Source: Eledone cirrhosa
Lineage: Eukaryota
Direction of reading: 5' to 3'
Assembly (NCBI GenBank): GCA_964016885.1
Contig: OZ024756.1
Span: 37,200,001-37,264,000, forward strand
Length of the DNA: 64,000 bases
Positions 59,681-64,000 of this stretch are shown one piece after another. The number at the start of each line of letters is the position of its first letter. Positions within the stretch are counted from its first letter, which is position 1. The translations under genes and the position numbers were made by a program. Below the pieces are notes generated by a model. That model did not search any database, was not told the origin of the DNA, and saw nothing but the letters and a program-made list of their open reading frames with translations.

Positions 59681-60103
59681 CTACAGATCCCTGTCTACTT
59701 CTCACCATACCTGCCTACCTACCTGGCTACACTCTTCCGTTGTCACCTCTTGACACGGTCTGGTGACAATGGGACAGTTAATACATTACCATACCACAGC
59801 ATCACCACTACACCACCACCACTACACCACCACCACTACACCACCACTACACTACCACCACTACACCACCACTACACCACCACTACACCACCACTACACC
59901 ACCACCACTACACCACCACCACTACACCACCACTACACCACCACCACCACCACTACACCACCACCACTACACCATCACTACACCACCACTACACCACCAC
60001 TACACCACCACTACACCACCACCACTACACCACCACTACACCACCACTACACCACCACCACTACACCACCACTACACCACCACTACACCACCACTACACC
60101 ACT

Positions 60104-60228
60104 GGCAGTTGCCCGGGTGCCCCACGAGGATAGGGGGCCCATTTGTGAGTGGTTGTGTAGGTAGGGGCCCCAGTGCTCTGCTTTGCCCGGGGGGGGGGGG
60201 GGGTTATAATGCTGTTAAGACGGCCCTG
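60104..60228. mobile_element. Single end of a non-autonomous DNA transposon (terminal ..ttaagacggccctg)
   Basis: CAGGGCCGTCTTAA-type terminus with ggggccc/tgcccgg subterminal motifs. Confidence 0.55.
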
Positions 60229-60230
60229 CT

Positions 60231-60530
60231 ACACCACCACACCATCTCATCCCCACACCACCAAGCCTCCAGACCGCCACACCACCACACCATCTCATCC
60301 CCACACCACCAAGCCACCAGACCGCCACACCACCACACCATCTCATCACCAGACCACCAAGCCACCAGACCGCCACACCACCACACCATCTCATCACCAG
60401 ACCACCAAGCCACCAGACCGCCACACCACCACACCATCTCATCCCCACACCACCAAGCCACCAGACCGCCACACCACCACACCAACTCATCCCCACAACA
60501 CCAAGCCACCAGACCGCCACACCACCACAC
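60231..60530. repeat. 48-bp minisatellite (~6 copies)
   Basis: Unit acaccaccacaccatctcatccccacaccaccaagccaccagaccgcc. Confidence 0.92.
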
Positions 60531-61207
60531 AGTCACACTAAAACAACATTAATGAATAATTAAACTCAGTTAGCATTAATTAATTGATGTATTAATTACC
60601 CCACCCACTACACCGTACCTACCACCTACCAATAGCACCAGCTTCACCGAGACCACTGCACACCACCTTTACACACGTCACACCGCCACACACCATTGTC
60701 ACACCATACACCCACTTTACACTTCTGCTCATCATTGTCATACCACACACCACCACCACTACCACCACCACCACCACCACCACCACCACCACCACTACCT
60801 CCAAACCACCACCACCACCGCCACCGCCGCCACCACCACCACCACCACCACCACCACCACAACCACTACACTGCCACACGCCATTGTCGCACCACTGTTA
60901 AACACAGACACCACAATAATATTTCAAACAACCACTACACGCCATCACCACACACAAACGCCACACGACCATGGCAAACAATCACCAACACCACACACCA
61001 CCACCACCAGCACACACCACCAGCACACACCACCACCACACACCAACACCACACTCCACAAACCCACACCACACACCACACACCACCACCACCAGCACAC
61101 ACCACCAGCACACACCACCACCACACACCAACACCACACTCCACAAACCCACACCACACACCACACACCAGCACCACCACCACCACCACCACCACATTGA
61201 TACATAG

Positions 61208-61372
61208 GAGTAAACATGGCTCTGGGGGTTAAGATGTTCGATTAACAACAACTAGGCTTTGGGTTCGATCTCTCTGCGCACAAACCTGGGGAACCGTCTT
61301 CCACTAAAACCTCGAGGTGACCACAACACCTTATGAACAGATTCTGGTAGACGGAAAGTGGACAACGCCCAT
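61208..61372 (+). mobile_element. Diverged tRNA-SINE (second family; tail fragment also at ~12345-12412)
   Basis: tggctctgggggtt (A-box-like), gggttcgatc (B box), tail tggtagacggaaagtggacaacgccc. Confidence 0.65.
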
Positions 61373-61860
61373 AATACATTTATATATATATATATATATA
61401 TGATAAAATATATCGATATGTATATATAATTCTATTTTTCATACTTCAATTTATTGAATAACAACCGTTATGTACATTTCAAAGACTCCATCTAATTTTT
61501 ATGTAACAATAACTTAAGTTAGGTGCGACATCATCAGATGTCATTTTACAAAGTTGGTGATATATAGAGTAAAAGACGTGTTGTTGATTGTCTAACATTC
61601 GGTTAATATAAATATTGTGGAATGCTAAAGAGTTGGCGGGAAGAGTCTTGGAGAGAGGGAGAGAGAGATGGATAGATAGAAAGAGAGATAAGTGAGTTGG
61701 ATGGGGAGTGGGAGAGTTAGACAAGAAGATAGAAGATAGAAGATAGAGAGAGAAAGAGAGAGAGAGAGAGAGATAAAGAAAGAAAGACAGAAAGAGACAA
61801 AGAGAGACAGAGAGAGACAAAGAGAGACAGAGGAAGAGAGAGACAAAGAGAGAAAGAGAC

Positions 61861-61915
<55 letters not shown>

Positions 61916-62158
61916 TACAAAGAAAAATGAGTTTTTCGGCCTCTCTGCCGTTCAGTTATCTCTTTCGTCTCCACCACCATCTCCTCTATTTCTAATTTCA
62001 CTGCCATTCGCGTTCATCTTCGCTACCTCGTTAATACCATATCTTCTGCCACCTCTCACTCCTCCCTCATAAACTTCACCTCTTCCCCCTCCTCCCCCTC
62101 CTCCTCTTCCTTCCTTTATATATATCTACCTTCTCTACTGTTAAGTCTAACACCCTCT

Positions 62159-62514
<356 letters not shown>

Positions 62515-62695
62515 TGTGTGTCTGTCTGTCTATCTATCTACCCACCATTCTTTTCCTCTCTCTCTCTCGCTTTATATATATTTATTTATATATATATTTA
62601 TGTATGTATATATGTGTGCGTGTGTGTGTTATGTATATATATATATATATATATATATTAATTAATGTTTTAAGTATATGTGTGTACGCGTGTAT

Positions 62696-62731
<36 letters not shown>

Positions 62732-62754
62732 ACGCGTGTCTTCTTTACTTCACC

Positions 62755-62880
62755 TTAATCCTCATTGGCTGAACGACGAAAGACCAATACACTTTGATTG
62801 ACAACACAAGCACGACCGACTGATAGCTAGGCCACGCCCCTCTTTCTCTGGCTTCACTTTTTCTTCTTCCGTCAACTTTC
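62755..62880. promoter_or_regulatory. Putative Pol II promoter (two CCAAT boxes and an Sp/KLF box)
   Basis: ATTGG 62764-62768, CCAAT 62784-62788, GGCCACGCCCC 62830-62840, with local CpG enrichment. Confidence 0.45.
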
Positions 62881-62898
62881 TTCTACTTCTTAAGCAGA

Positions 62899-63011
<113 letters not shown>

Positions 63012-63069
63012 GCACACACACACACACATACACACAGACATACACACACACACACATACACAGACACAG

Positions 63070-63101
<32 letters not shown>

Positions 63102-63640
63102 ACACACATACAGATTCAAACAGGAACACTCATATACATACACACATACACAGAAACATACATGCCAACACGCACACACACACACACACACTCACACACA
63201 CACATACAGATTCAAACAGGAACACTCATATACATACACACATACACAGAAACATACATGCCAACACGCACACACACACAAACATACATGCCAACATACA
63301 CACAAACACACAGAAACATACATACCAACACACACACACACAGATCAGACATACGCACATTTATATAGACATGCACACGCATACATACACACAGTCTTAC
63401 ACACAGACACACACTCACACACACACATATTCAAATTGGAACACTCATACACATACACACATTCGTACATACACACACAGTCATACAAACACACATACAC
63501 ATACACACATTCATACATACACACATACACATACACACATTCATACATACACACACATATTTAGATATGCAGGCAGTCAGACAGGCAGACAGACAGATAA
63601 TTGCTGTGACAAGAAGTGTGTCAGCAAGATATACGCGCGC

Positions 63641-63900
<260 letters not shown>

Positions 63901-64000
63901 ATAACATTGTGTGTATGTGTGTGTATATATATATATATATTTATGTGTATATAATTATATGAATGCATGCATACACAACACATACACATACATATATATA

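Overview
Gene-poor, microsatellite-saturated animal genomic DNA with a 200-N scaffold gap at 1595-1794. The SINE repertoire and (TA)n/(CA)n/(GA)n/(TACA)n density resemble an octopod cephalopod (inference). Almost all ORFs in the supplied track are simple-repeat artefacts. The unique islands hold about 14 copies or fragments of a tRNA-headed SINE, 3' remnants of RLE-type non-LTR retrotransposons, hAT and mariner MITEs, minisatellites, a possible promoter (~62.8 kb) and one or two possible minus-strand exons. The main discovery is a dense population of roughly 30 type I hammerhead-ribozyme (HHR) motifs or half-motifs from about 7-8 sequence families. They sit in short non-coding cassettes, mostly flanked by (TA)n tracts and often arranged as fold-back palindromes, the architecture expected for Penelope-like element (PLE) pseudo-LTR remnants. 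They include canonical minimal HHRs (14.2, 39.1 kb), a family with a compensatory U3-A8 core (38.3/38.4, 43.7 kb), a family with a conserved C.C mismatch in stem II, and an 8-copy family of half-hammerheads mostly folded back in or next to stem II. All folds were assigned by eye and none has been tested.
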